A stretch of 63,692 bases of DNA, filler included, from Asterionella formosa (Eukaryota), in assembly GCA_002256025.1 (NCBI GenBank). It is 5 parts of 5 records of this genome, joined end to end, with 100 filler letters (N's around TTAATTAATTAA, not from the genome) between each part and the next. Parts side by side here need not be neighbours in the genome. Positions count along the whole stretch, not along the records: positions 12,771 to 25,425 come from NKIB01007294.1; 4 more parts are not named here. The stretch is one strand, 5' to 3'. A program made the translations under genes and the position numbers. Positions 12,771-25,525 of this stretch are shown piece by piece. Position 1 is the first letter of the stretch; every line of letters starts with the position of its first letter. The notes beneath the pieces were generated by a model that searched no databases, was not told the origin of the DNA, and was given only the letters and a program-made list of their open reading frames with translations.

Positions 12771-12977
12771 ATCGTAAAACTAAAAACCAATAGTCGGAGT
12801 AATAAGCAAGCAATAGAACACCATATGTCTATGACTGCTGCTACTGCAGCGGGACAGTAAATCATCATAGTTTTAGGATTGTATGATCGTAAAACTAAAA
12901 ACCAATAGTCGGAGTGATAAGCAAGCAATAAAACACCATATGTCTATGACTGCAGCTACTGCAGCGGGACAGTAAAT
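12771..12977 (+). repeat. Tandem duplication, period 115 bp
   Basis: ATCGTAAAACTAAAAACCAATAGTCGGAGT...GCAGCGGGACAGTAAAT starts at 12771 and at 12886. Confidence 0.85.
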
Positions 12978-14359
12978 GAATTTAAGATCATCAAACTTTA
13001 AGGAAGACAACGACAACAGTTATCTAGTAGTACAATGTCTTCAAGAAACCATAAAGAGGTTCATGGAAACAAGCGACATGTGGCAAATACTGCCGGTATG
13101 GAACAAAGAAGCAAGTACCACAATGAGTTTACAAAGAAAAAGCGAATTGGCGATTATCCAAAGCAACCAAATCTGCGATTGGGAGACGTTGGGGGTAATA
13201 CCCCATTGTCGAAGGGGACACCATCAGCTACTAGTACAAAGGATCCCATAATTGATACTGACAGCGATGATGACGTTTCTACTTCAGTTATTGATACAAG
13301 AAAAATGGCTCCTGTCGATGATACCATTAATAACAACTCCCGGATGCAGATGGACGACATGGTACCAAATCATAAATTTTCTAATCGCACGGACCAACAA
13401 GTACATTAAAAACTGAGGGAAAAATATTTTGCACTTGCCAAAGGATATTATCAATTGGTCAATGAACTCAATCACTACAAAGGTCGTAATTCGACTTCGG
13501 TTCAAAACTCGCTTTTCCATACGAGGTTATCAAGACTCTTCAATTTCAGCAGCCTTATCAGAACGTCGTTCTCTCTTAGCTAAAATTGAACCATCAATTG
13601 TCACAAAGGATGTGAGTTTTATATTCAAGACCAAGAAGTTTTGCTGTGAACATGTAAGTTTGATGTTATAGTTTGTGAATTGCAGGTACTGTAAAACAGA
13701 CAAAATATCAATCAAATGTGCTTTTTTCTGGTCCCAAAAGAGAATCAAACATCCCGCCCTATCTGGTCCAAGTAGTATGAAAGGCATTTCCAATCACAAA
13801 CAGGATTGGTTTGCCGAATGATTCCTAACTCGGCAATACACAGTGAAACCGGAGTTGGCAAAGAAGTGGAGAGTGACCCAGAGCTTGCCGATTTCATATG
13901 GAATGGTTCTGATGCACTACTTCCAATGAATCAGACCATTGAAAGTACCAACAAGGCATGTTTAGATTACATCAAATCAACATTTGGTGGCATGTGGCCT
14001 GCATTAAAAAGTTGAGAGAATGTCAGAATGTATTGAATAAACCATTTAAAGGAGCGAATCTTAGGTAAGTTCTTGCAGGGAGATGCTCCGAAAGCATGAT
14101 GTTTTAAGTCGGGGATTTTATTCTTATCAAATATGTTTGCTAACATAATTCATGACACACCAGCTGGTTTAACAGAATATAGCTAACTTCCAGACTATAG
14201 ATATTGATGACTTTATTAGGTGGGCGTTGATGCTTTATCGTTTTGCGCAGTCAAAGGACATTGACAGGGGAAGCCATAGATACCAACAAGTCTGGCATGA
14301 TGTTCTTGCTCCGGTGTATTTTATAGGCAGGACAAGCCGTGGAGAAACATTTTTAACAT

Positions 14360-14416
14360 ACCGTATGACACGGTACGTTTACCCACGCGCCCACACTGCA
14401 CTGCAATATTCGTTCA
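14360..14416 (+). repeat. 57-bp dispersed repeat (second copy at 25200-25256)
   Basis: ACCGTATGACACGGTAC...CCACGCGCCCA.ACTGCACTGCAATATTCGTTCA in both places. Confidence 0.75.
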
Positions 14417-15219
14417 AATTACCTCCATCTAATAGAATCCAATGCATACTTAGTAGTTACATAATAATTATAGTTAGTGTGAGACTTCTACAATGCAAAC
14501 CATATCATAGATGATAGGAAAACATTGATTCTGCTCTATACTACTATTCCTATTAGTGCCGCCTGTACTACATGTAGCGGTATACCTCCATTTTTACTAC
14601 TATGGTGGAGTGATAATTTCATGATTCTGTATTGTCCAGCACCGCATGTTCGAAGTGGCGCTCAATTTATTGTTATATATTAATTCATTTTCTTTCTATC
14701 CTGTTCATATCCTGACTTGGTCATCATTTGCAATTTGCAATGTCTTTGCGGACATTGCAATGGTGTTATCTGTGTAACTATAAATTTCGGAAGACCAAAT
14801 CCCCATCTGAGTCTAACAATCGAAATTGTAGCGACCGTGTTTTTTATGCATATGGTCACTGTCGACATTGCATGCAGGAACATCGAGTTCCTGGAATACA
14901 TAGTGAAACTATGTATTGCGGTAGTGCACGCATCGAATCATTCAAGGAAATTAATTAATGATGGCAGTGTAAGTGCTGCAGCATTTAGGGAGATTAGACA
15001 AGAAGAGATTATGTGTCCTATCCTTGAATCAAGTGACCACAATCATCCACTTCATGACGACAGCGACGATTTAGTTTATAACAATATTCAGTCACAATAG
15101 GACGAACAATTGAGACTAAAATTTCTCCAAGGGTTGAATTCAGAAACCATGATGCAATATTCAGATTTTCAAGATCGCACCGGCTTTCTCCCTGAAAATG
15201 CAATGGAAATGCCCCTTCA

Positions 15220-16287
15220 TCCTCAATTTCAACTTCCAAGTAAACATTCTCTAAACATGCGCGCATCAAATCGAATTAGAACTCATGTTATTCCTTAACA
15301 AGAATTATCCTCAATTACAACTTCCAAGTAAACATTCTCTAAACATGCGCGCATCAAATAGAATTAGAACTCATGTTATTCCTTAACAAAAATTACCTCC
15401 CACCAGTTTACTTTGATCATCTAATGAAATGGCCGTTCAAGCAGGCAAAAGCAATGAAATATTTTGATGGAAGGTATTAAGCTCTATCCTACCAGACTTT
15501 GAAAAAACGCATGGATATTATATTTCCACTAACATAAATTGGTGGTCAACTGTTGACAAACAAATAAAAAGTGATAACAATTCAAACATAAACATCTCAC
15601 ACACACTCCATTATTTCGAACCAGTACAGCTAATGGTAGGATTCTTGCTATGTGATTTGCAATAATATGATTTGTGACATGGATTGATGCCTATCACATA
15701 CCGGTATCCTCAACAACCAGCCATCACGTTCATTGTCATGTCGTCTTTCCTTGCCTTTGCTATATATATGCTGGCATGTGTATTGTGTAAATACTATGCT
15801 GGCGGAACATGTATATTACACTGTGCTCTGTTTAACAAATGAATTTGACCAGATTCATAATACTCCATGAAAAATAATGAAGTATGCCGATACAATAGTG
15901 GCTGAGATTGAAAAGACTGAAAGATTGCTTTCGAAGAGGAAACCCAAACAGTTGGTCTTCGTGGATGAAGACTCTATTTGTACAGAGTCACAGTTCCACC
16001 ATCCAGTGTCGTATTTTGCTCATTCTCCCGAAATCGCTGATAAAATAATGAAGCAAGTATGCCGAGCGATACAATAGTGGCTGAGATTGAAAAGAAGGAA
16101 AGATTGCTTTCGAAGAGCCAAGAAGCAAACCCAAACAGTTGGTCTTCGTGGATGAAGACTCTATTCGTACAGAATCACAGTTCCACCTCGAATTAGAACT
16201 CATGTTATTCCTTAACAAGAATTACCTCCCACCAGTTTACTTTGATCATCTAATGAAATGGCCGTTCAAGGCAAAAGCAATGAAATA
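15220..16287 (+). repeat. Patchwork of local duplications plus a dispersed repeat shared with segment 5
   Basis: ~88-bp tandem unit at 15220-15396, partly repeated from 16189. The unit AAGTATGCCG...GTGGATGAAGACTCTATT occurs at ~15880 and ~16055. 15662-16187 is the reverse complement of 52225-52863 with deletions. Confidence 0.75.
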
Positions 16288-16346
16288 CGAGACCTTTTAA
16301 CATGCTTTAAAGCGGACCATTTAAGGCCACAGGCTACTCAGGAACC

Positions 16347-17894
16347 ATGGGAAGTGACGAAGACACGTCAGTGAGGTTGCCGACGTTCGATGGGCAAGAT
16401 GCTAAATGGCACATGTGGAAAGCGAAGTTTTTCGCATAAGCGTGCTACAAGAACTTTCAAGGAATACTTAACGGTGAAGAAATTCCAAGAGGAGAGAAAG
16501 ACCTAAAGGGCGATACGATCGTGTTGTCGGATGCTGATGAGAGACGCATCCGAAGGAGCAACACAGTTGCTTACGCAAGTCTGATAATGGCATGCCAGAG
16601 TGGGCCATTTGGACAAGTAAATAATGCAAGAAATGCCGAGTTTCCTAACGGCATTGCTAAAGAAGCATGGGACAAGCTCATTTCTACGTATGAGTCAGGC
16701 AACATGGCGAATTTCATTGCCTTGACCCACCAATGGACGAAGTGCACTCTAGGGGAAAACGAGAACCCCGACAGCTGGTGTGTGGAGTTGGATCGTATCC
16801 GGGAACGATTGGGCTATACAAGCTCCGCCGTTTCGGATGGTGCCTATGTGGCACACATGATCAACAACATACCTGAAAACTACAAGAGTTTGGTAGTAGG
16901 AAGGTTCGGCCTGGTGCGCAACACGCAAACGGTCGAAGAGATTAAGACAGACATCCGGGACTACTACGATCTATATGTCCGGGATGACGTCAAAACGACT
17001 AACAAGAACAAGAGTGAACAGGCCTTCTACACAAAAGGGAAGTTCAAAGGTGACTGTCGTAAGTGTGGCAAGTATGGCCACAAGGCGGCTGAATGTCGCA
17101 GTAAGGGAAATAGTGCCGACAAGAAGGAGCTCACTCCTGAGCAGAAAGAAAAGAGGAAAACGATCAAGTGTTTCAAGTGCCAACGCATGGGACACTACGC
17201 AAGTGAGTGCACCAGTAACAGTGCATCTAAGAATAATAAAAACGAAGAAAACAACACGACTACATCTACCCTGCTTGTCTGCCAAGGTCAAAATTGGATG
17301 ACGATTGATAAAGCTTTCTATGCCTACAAAAAATCAATGTTCATCGCCACATGCGTCGAAATTAGTTACAACGAGGAAGTCAACCTTGTTCGTGACGTCA
17401 GAAATCGCTGGTTGTTAGACAGCGGTGCTACCGTTCACATCTGCATGGACGTGCGCATGATAGAAGACAAGAAACAAGTGAGTGAAACGGTCGTGGTAGG
17501 GAATGGAACCGAGATAGTATCAACTGTCTCTGGTACTGTGACCCTGATGACTACATACGAAGGATAACGCTTGAAACTCACCGATGTGCTTTATGCACCG
17601 GAGTTCAAGCAGAACATCATCAGTGTCTCTAGAATGATCTACAAGGGTTATCAAGTGATCTTCGAGGACGATAGGATGATGATACGAAACAAGAGCGGCA
17701 TTCTGACCTGCAAAAGAGACAAAACCTGAAAACTTGGAGCAATGTATCATGTCGAAGGTAATCCGATCATCAAGCAAACGGTGATGGAAATCGAGCAACT
17801 ACAAGAGAAAACTACACAACAATCGATCGACGACTATAACAATAACGATTGGACGAAAGATGAAGCAAAGAAAACGAACAAGGGAAAGAACAAA

Positions 17895-17897
<3 letters not shown>
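16347..17897 (+). mobile_element. 5' part of a Copia element (gag with two CCHC knuckles, protease), pseudogenised and truncated
   Basis: ATG at 16347 gives MGSDEDTSVRLPTFDGQDAKWHMWKAKF, then an in-frame TAA. Knuckles CRKCGKYGHKAAEC and CFKCQRMGHYASEC; protease WLLDSGATVHI; VLYAPEFKQNIISVS after a further stop. Confidence 0.88.
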
Positions 17898-17965
<68 letters not shown>

Positions 17966-17990
17966 GCAACAGCAACAGCAACAGCAACAG
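17898..17990 (+). repeat. (CAA)n/(CAGCAA)n microsatellite encoding Q31
   Basis: 31 consecutive CAA/CAG triplets. Confidence 0.97.
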
Positions 17991-18305
17991 AACATGATGA
18001 ACATGAACATGATGAACATGATGATGATGTCAATCATGGCATCATTGCTGAATCGTGGGGTATCTCAAACAACCACCTCCACTGACAGTGCTGATCCCAT
18101 TCAGGCAATGATGAATTCAATTATTGCTTTGAACATGATTTCAATTCAGCAAACAATGCAAAGCCAAAATACAACCTCAACAGCAGGTGCCAATGCACAA
18201 CAAACTTTGTCTGTCTCAACTCAATGTCAAACACCAAAAAACAACATTCTAATATAGTATGAAAGCAGTGGTGGTAAATAATCAAGAATGAAAATTTTCT
18301 TTGAA

Positions 18306-19400
18306 TTACATGGCATATCTATTTGCATTCCTATGCAAATAAGGCATATACACTGAAGCATTTTGGTTCTGACCAACGTTGCTAGCACGAAAGTTGTAGA
18401 GCAATACAATCATTTGGAGAATTAATTTTCTCTCACATTTTTCTTCATAACGAAATTTGTCTTTGATTCTCGGAAATGATCCCTGAAGGCATTGCATTCC
18501 CCATTCCAAAAGCTGTCAGATTGAGGTGGCTTGACGACTCATACCAAATCTTTGTTGGGGTTTACCATTTGCATCAACATTATTGTGATGCGATTTCAAC
18601 ATTGCATTTGATGCAAATGCTGAATCCACAACTACCTTTTTACCTCTATCTCTGTAAACTGTTTCAATCTGATCATAGATTGATGACCAAATTGCCATGG
18701 TGGAGTAATGTAGAACACCAGGTGCATTGAAATATGAGCAGCGAATTTCTCCATCAGGCGAAAAAAGAAACAGTTTGTCACATAGTGTTCATGAGTCCAT
18801 CCATTGTAGAATTTGTTCTGTTGTGTTTCATTCCAGCCCGTTACAGGGTCAGTTTCAGAACATCCATTGCTCCCCAAAAATTTGTTATAAGTGGGTATTT
18901 CTGACTGATCATGGTTGCAAATAAGGTGGCTTCGTCTGCAGTAGGCAGTCTCACAACGGCATCTTTATGTGTCAGCAGTACTTTTACAATCATTTGCCGT
19001 GAAAACCTCAACCAAAAACTCAAAGAACCATGAGTTAATCCGAAAGTAATCTGAAGAATCATATAGGAACCACGAGTCCTGGTCCATGCTAACCCAAGTG
19101 CTAGACAACTGATGGAACTGAGGTATCTTTGCCGACCTTTCTTGTTTGTTGAATTTCTAACAATGAAATCCGTATTTTTCCTACAGGGAGTAAAGGAATA
19201 AAAACAAGGTTTGCACAACTTGTGCAAACCTTGTTTTTATTCCTTTTTGTAGGAAGGTAATCAGAGCATCATCATGCTTGCTGTTGAACAAAGTCCAGAA
19301 GGGACTCAATAATGGATGCTGCAGCTGGTGCGTGGTGACGGATTTTGCCACTTCTTCTTCTGACCTCATCAACAGTCAAACTTTCCCTGAAAGATGGTGT
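18306..19400 (-). pseudogene. PIF/Harbinger DDE transposase (DDE_Tnp_4/HARBI1-like), frameshifted
   Basis: Fragments LAWTRTRGS, FWGAMD, QNKFYNGWTHEHYV, VVVDSAF, EWGM..LQGSFPR, LLYNFRASNVGQNQ in successive frames. Confidence 0.82.
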
Positions 19401-22400
19401 CTTATTGGCTGGTGAATAGCACATAGCTAACAGTAGCAATATGATCATAATGTCATCATCATCATCAGGAGATGAGATGAGATGAAAGTCGACATGGTCA
19501 GTGACCGATAATGATGAATATATAGAACTCCTGCATATAATGAACAAATGGCGGCATGCCATACTAGCATTCAAGAGGATGCATCGATAAGAAAATTTAA
19601 CTACCTCAAAACTGAAGTTAAAAATATATTTAATGTCAGAGAAGTAATCTAAAATATCTCTAAGTCAGAGCGCAATGACGATATTATGTAGCAGATCACC
19701 TGAATAATTTGTGTTATAATACACCCATGATATAATAATTTTTTATTATCAGAGCGCACCCGCCCACTTACACACCATCGCGTCATTATTCACCCTTACA
19801 TTGCTCCAAGGTAAGATGATGGCTACTTACATTAATCATTCTCTTGGCGATTTCTTACTATGCTTGGTAGGCCCTTTCAGGAATTCATTGAGTAGTGGAT
19901 GCAGGTCGAAATGCACAAGCAAAACAAGTTCTTAAGTAGTCAAGCATTTTTGATAATATTAAAATAGGTGTTTGTTCTTTATGTTTTTGATTAGCTATTA
20001 CTATATTATTTCCTTTTGTAACAAATCTTTCCCCTCCCTCCATTATGCCCAAAGAACTTGGCTATACTCAGCAGAACCTTGTTTTTTTAATGTATGACAG
20101 CAAATCACTCCAATTGTGTTCCGTTCTTCGAACAAAACTCCACTCAATTAGAATTTGAACTCACCACCTCAATACCAGCTATGTTTGTTTTCGTTTTAAC
20201 AAAAGTGGATGCAACTCAAATTGTAGTACAATTTTCGACTGAAAGTTGCTGTCAGGGGACCAACACCAAATCTCGATTTTAAATTCATGAATTAATATAC
20301 TTCTTCATTATGATGAAATTATCCTACAAATCAAAAAGGATGTATGTTTATAGCCGATTGTCACTCCCCATTTCTAGGTGAGTCTTTCATTGTACTACTC
20401 AAAAACAATTTGCAATTAAAATTATTGGACGAATATTGAATTGCTTCTTTGAGTTGAGCTCTCAGCAGACCCAAACCGAATATGACTTTCAATATGCATC
20501 ATTAGTCTTCATTATATTTACCCTTGGCTGAGTATCCAACACAACAAAGCTATTTTCAACCTAGTCGACGGAGATCTAATTATTTTATTTGGTTCAACTC
20601 TCAGCAGACCCAAATTGGTTTTTGCTTTCCATTTGAATCGTTACTAGTAGACTTCATCGTATAATGATAGATTATACTGTATAACATCAGTATGTATGCT
20701 CTTTTCGAACAATTCAACACAAACCTGACCGAACTGTTTGTTTTTGAATGAATAATCACTGGATCCCAATTGAATTTCTCTTTCCATGTGAATTCATCAT
20801 CTTCTTCATGACGATACTTTGTCGAAAAAGACTACAAGACTCAAGTAGAATTTATTGTTTACATAATCTGTCAGCTAACTCCAAATTAAGTTTCGCTTTG
20901 CTTCCAGACTGTATGGGAATTTCTATTTCTTCATTGTGACCATAGATTTTATCCAACAATTCAGAACATATAATGCTGTTCCTTGTTCATACAAGTTGTT
21001 CGTCATGATCACCTAATTACCCAGCAAATCAAAACAGGCAGTGTATTTCTACATTTTGGACTTTTTGGTGCCCCATAAATCTTAGCAGGCCCAAACCGAA
21101 TTTTTAATTTCGATCTGAATTGCTATTTGTTGTCATGTTGTGAGATTGTATCCAACACCACTTTGAAATAGCATGATGTTGATTTACTGTTAGTTAACAT
21201 ATCATTCTATTTAGTCAGATGGTGCATTAAATGTAATTCACTTTGGAGTGCTATGTGTACCGCGTGAACCGTACAAATCCATGCACGATTTCATTCATGC
21301 ATTGTATATTTACAATGAGTTGCCCAATTTCGACAACAAGAATGGCATGCGAACGGATTCTGGATTCTGTCCTGTTGTGCTCTCGTATCTGATCTACATA
21401 AATTTCGAAGTGTCCGGTAAAACTAAAATGCAACTCATCACAGAAGTTGTCAGGCGAATATAGATCATACCCTTAAGTCGAACAATGACTGTATCTAAGC
21501 ATATTCAAAGTGGTTGTATTGATGAAAGCTAATTTTAACTTTAATTAAGTTATTTAGTTGTATGTACTGTGTGGATTAAAGTTCATCACAAAAACATTTA
21601 GGAAAAAAACCTCGCGATGTGTAACTGAGGGGCTGTAACCTTAATGGTTTCGACAAATAAAAGTTACTTAAGAGTTTTTTCAGTAGCTATCAAAGATTCC
21701 CCACATGCTGCAATAACAACTTTTACCCTCAGTTCATCAATGATATAGAAGAAGGCTTGTAGTGAATACGCCATAGCTGAGGATGTAATGAATTCTATCA
21801 ATAATTTATATACATTTCAGTTTATTTGTGCTCCAGCATGGCCAACGAAATGAGCTAGCTGCAGCATTAAAATGTGCAATCACCCATTATGTTACCACTT
21901 TGCAATCATTTCCTTTGCTAATTCTCTTCCCTTTTTGTGCTCCCATTCCATTCAATTCTGCAGCGCATAATTTTTAAGATCGAATGGAAAATTTTCCAAA
22001 GACTCTGCTTTCCTCCTCAAATTCTTTCGCAAGAGGGGTGATGTAACGTCAAAAATGGCAATTTCCAACTCATACCAACTATCAGCTGGTTCAGTCTTGG
22101 ACTGTCCAGAACTATTAGACAAGCTTCCAACATTTCAATGTACAAAAGCTTGTTCCACTTGCAAAATTCATGCCAATGTTGCATTGTGTAGGCCACATCA
22201 GATTTTTGGATCATGTGCTTTCGATAACGATCATTGCCGTGACACCAGCGTCAACAATTGAAGTGATAGCAGCCTGAGTGTTGCCAGCATGGAAAGCCTC
22301 CGTCCACCGCATTTGTGATGATTTGCTTCAGGAGCGGCTTGTTTTGCTGATAGTACAATATTGCTCTAATGCTCAAAGTTATGCAGGGGAATAGCTCGAT

Positions 22401-22559
22401 AAAGGCAAGCAATCTTTCCAACATATCAATGCAGTTGCCACCAAGCTTTGCCGCCACGGTAACAAAACTAGGGAAGCACAGCAGGTCTTGTCGGTAGGTA
22501 GCACAATGACAGACTTGCCTAGTAGGAGGGAAAAGGGGAGTACAAAGGGGCTATAAAAC

Positions 22560-23470
22560 ATACTAACTTTTATTTGTTCTTTGTACCCTGATTCCAACTG
22601 GGCAATCCTAAGCGAAATATCAAACATTTTTGCCACCTCATCATCCGCTTTATATACAAACTCCTTCCACCACTTCAGTTCCCTGCTCAATTGTCCAATC
22701 CAACATGCTGAATGCTCCCATGCCATTTGGTCCATAACTGATGCTTTTGGGAAGTTTTAATTAAATCCCACTTTTCCTACACTTGCTCGGCAGGCCTTTT
22801 TTGAATATTTTCAAGTTGTTTGCCTGTCAACTTGGTGATTGGTAAAAAGTATGTTATTTGCGGTGCTCAGATGAGTCAATGGGCTTGGATCGCATCGTGG
22901 CTTTTGAGTTGATGAGAGTTTGTTACTTTTTGTTTTCATTCTTTCCTCCTCATCTTTCCACTTCCAGGAAGGGTTTGTCAAAATAACAAGTGATTTATTA
23001 CTGAGAGATGGTGCTCTGTGTTTGATTTAGGTGGTGATGTTGTTTCTCCCTGACTGTAGTTTTTAAGTGCATTATATATTCCTTGGTTGATTTTGTATAA
23101 GTCAATGTCTAAAGTATTCTCCAAAGGTCACAGCATCAACATTTGCGGGTATCCCAGTGAGTCTCAGTGCCAGTGTAGCATTTGGTAGTTGCATTTAGAG
23201 AGTTCCAAGGCGCCACCAGAGGAGAACAAGAACAGTGTCTCCCACAGTCGTGCGCATTTTGTGAGTAATTCTATCATATATGTTAGGTCCATAAAGTCTG
23301 CTCCTGTTTGTCCATTGAAACCTCTAGAGGTGTCAAAGGCATCCCCTTGTTGCTGTGAGATGATGACTTGCACCATTGGGTCCTTGAATTTTATTCTTTG
23401 ATTAGTATTGCTTGCGTTTGCTGTGAAAAGCACAATACAGATTGAGAGCTACACCCAAACAGACTGCCTG
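22560..23470 (-). mobile_element. Heavily decayed Ambal-like LINE RT fragment
   Basis: LLTKCARLWETLFLFSSGGALELSKCNYQMLHWH and FDISLRIAQLESG parallel the element at 2501-4237 (STGGALELSKCYYHHILHWH; IDISLRFTQLVAESG). Confidence 0.7.
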
Positions 23471-23732
23471 GCAGTGCTATCTCTCATTGATTCTAGGTTG
23501 AAAAATAAATCTGAGAAAGTTCTTTGTAGGTGTAATCCCTTGACATTTTGGAAGTATACTCTAAATGTTGTGTCCTCTATATCTACCATCTCATCTCCCC
23601 AAGGGGTTTGTGAATCTTTTTTGAGATGCTTAACTTTGCCTGTAGTTTGGATTGTACGTTTTTATGTGTGCTTCCCAATTAGAGCATTCTACTTATTCTT
23701 AATAGATGCAGGAGGCTTGAAAACATATAGAT

Positions 23733-24120
23733 TCATTCCAATTCTTTCGAATCGAACTGGTTTGAAGGGAAATAAACAATAAATGCATCTTCTTTTTCAG
23801 ATTTGTAGGTAATCCTGTACCTATCTGCCATTTCGGCATAGCTGAAGATGTTGGTGATTGCCTTCTCATTAAAACATCTTTCTCGCCATTGATCAGCTTG
23901 TGGCCAGATGCATGCTTCCATTGGTCGACATTCGAATGTTTTCAGCCATTTTTGGATTGCAGAGACTGTGACACTTGATTGATCATCCAATAGTATCCAG
24001 TCACACATCTCAGGTGCTTGATAAAATTGTAGTTGATATGAGCTCCCACCCATCCATCTAAATTGACATTTGCTTGTTGTGAAGCTTGTGATGACGGTGG
24101 GTTGTTGAAAGTAACAGAGG
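23733..24120 (-). mobile_element. Copia gag/protease fragment, same family as 30722-35230
   Basis: DWILLDDQSSVTV and FNEKAITNIFSYAEMADRYRITY; nucleotide match to ~34115-34625. Confidence 0.8.
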
Positions 24121-24154
24121 TAACCGCACTTATGTCCGAGGTAGTAGCCTGTGC

Positions 24155-25020
24155 ATGTTTGCGATAACAAGGTCTTCGGTCAAGTGATCATTATGTCTTT
24201 GAGTAATCGCCATGTGCAGTGAACCTATGTTCATAATCATTCAATTAAGAGTCTACAGAGAAGAAATCATACCATTTCGGACTCAGAATGGTTCCGCTGT
24301 GCGTTTCGTCGACCACCAGCATGATAATCTCGCCAATCAACTTGTAAGCAAACACATTCTACTTGTTCTTGTTGACATTTTGAATTGTCACATGATACTA
24401 CATCTACTATTGAGATTCAGCATAGAAGGAGGTACGAAAATGTAAGAGACTGCTATCCACATAGTTATAGTTATAGAAAGATTCTGATTACAATTTATTT
24501 TTCATTTTGCTCGTTTCCGCATTTCGCATGCTGTGTTTGTATTTACAATTGAATTTATCCACATCTTTGATGCCATCACAAGAGCGACAGCAAGTGGCTC
24601 TATTCATTGTTGTTTGCTCATGGAAAACCCACCCGGTATCGGTATCATCAACAAAACAGTGACGAATGTCCTGCATCATTATCATAGTGGTTTGCTGTAG
24701 GAAAAATTTGATATCCATTGTATCTTCATTTGCTTGTTGGAACTGTCCGTTGCCTCAAACCTGCTTAGCGTGTGCGTACACACAGCCACAATCGACTTGT
24801 TTTCATTGGTATGTTTACCATCAATAGAGCGACAAGTGGCTCTCTTCATTGTTGCTTGCTCCTGGAAAACTCGGTGTCCGTGTCATCATCAAAAGAGGGA
24901 TGAATTTCCTTAATCATTGTGGTTTGCCGCTAGAAAAATTGGTACCCGTGGTTTTTCATTCGCTCGCTCGTTGGAACCACTGCCCCTTGCCTCAAACCTG
25001 ATTAGCATGTGTGTACATAC
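24155..25020 (+). repeat. Dispersed ~0.9-kb repeat with internal sub-repeats (inverted copy at ~53375-54283)
   Basis: Reverse-complement match across its length. The ORF track shows the shared peptide QHDNLANQ.V.KHILLVLVDI in both copies. Confidence 0.8.
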
Positions 25021-25425
25021 GAATAAATATGCTAGTGTTGTCGGCAGCACAACTTACATGGTGCACAAGGAAAGAAAGATAAAGGTTGAAAAGATAGACT
25101 TAAAGATATATAAACCTACGCCGTTCTAGCGCATTCGCTGCTCCAAGCCTGCACGCTGTACTATCGCTAAAACACTCTAACGACTAGTTAGTCCCCTGTA
25201 CCGTATGACACGGTACATTCATCCACGCGCCCATACTGCACTGCAATATTCGTTCAGTCCCCTCGAATACATGTGAGGTGAAACCAAACAAATATAAAAC
25301 TAAACATCGACCTGGATTCGGTGCCACACGTCATTGCGTGCCCAGGAGGTAACCGGTGTCATAGGTTGTGACATCACGATGAACCTTGGCTTCAATCTTC
25401 GACCCACTGTGATCCAACAGCCATC

Positions 25426-25525
25426 NNNNNNNNNNNNNNNNNNNNNNNNNNNNNNNNNNNNNNNNNNNNTTAATTAATTAANNNNNNNNNNNNNNNNNNN
25501 NNNNNNNNNNNNNNNNNNNNNNNNN
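25426..25525. other. Artificial contig linker
   Basis: N44-TTAATTAATTAA-N44. Confidence 0.97.

Noticed and set aside
13035..14300. Host gene in the short same-strand ORF chain
   Set aside because: Multiple stops and frameshifts and no recognisable domain; probably decayed TE cargo.
17742..18257. PolyQ ORF as a host gene, and the poly-L, poly-V and poly-C antisense ORFs
   Set aside because: The N-terminal part is in-frame Copia pol downstream of stop codons; the antisense ORFs are shadows of the CAA microsatellite.
19900..22250. Coding region on the minus strand with a recurring CTCAGCAGACCCAAA-like motif (~20460, ~20600, ~21083)
   Set aside because: Too decayed to translate coherently; no family could be assigned.
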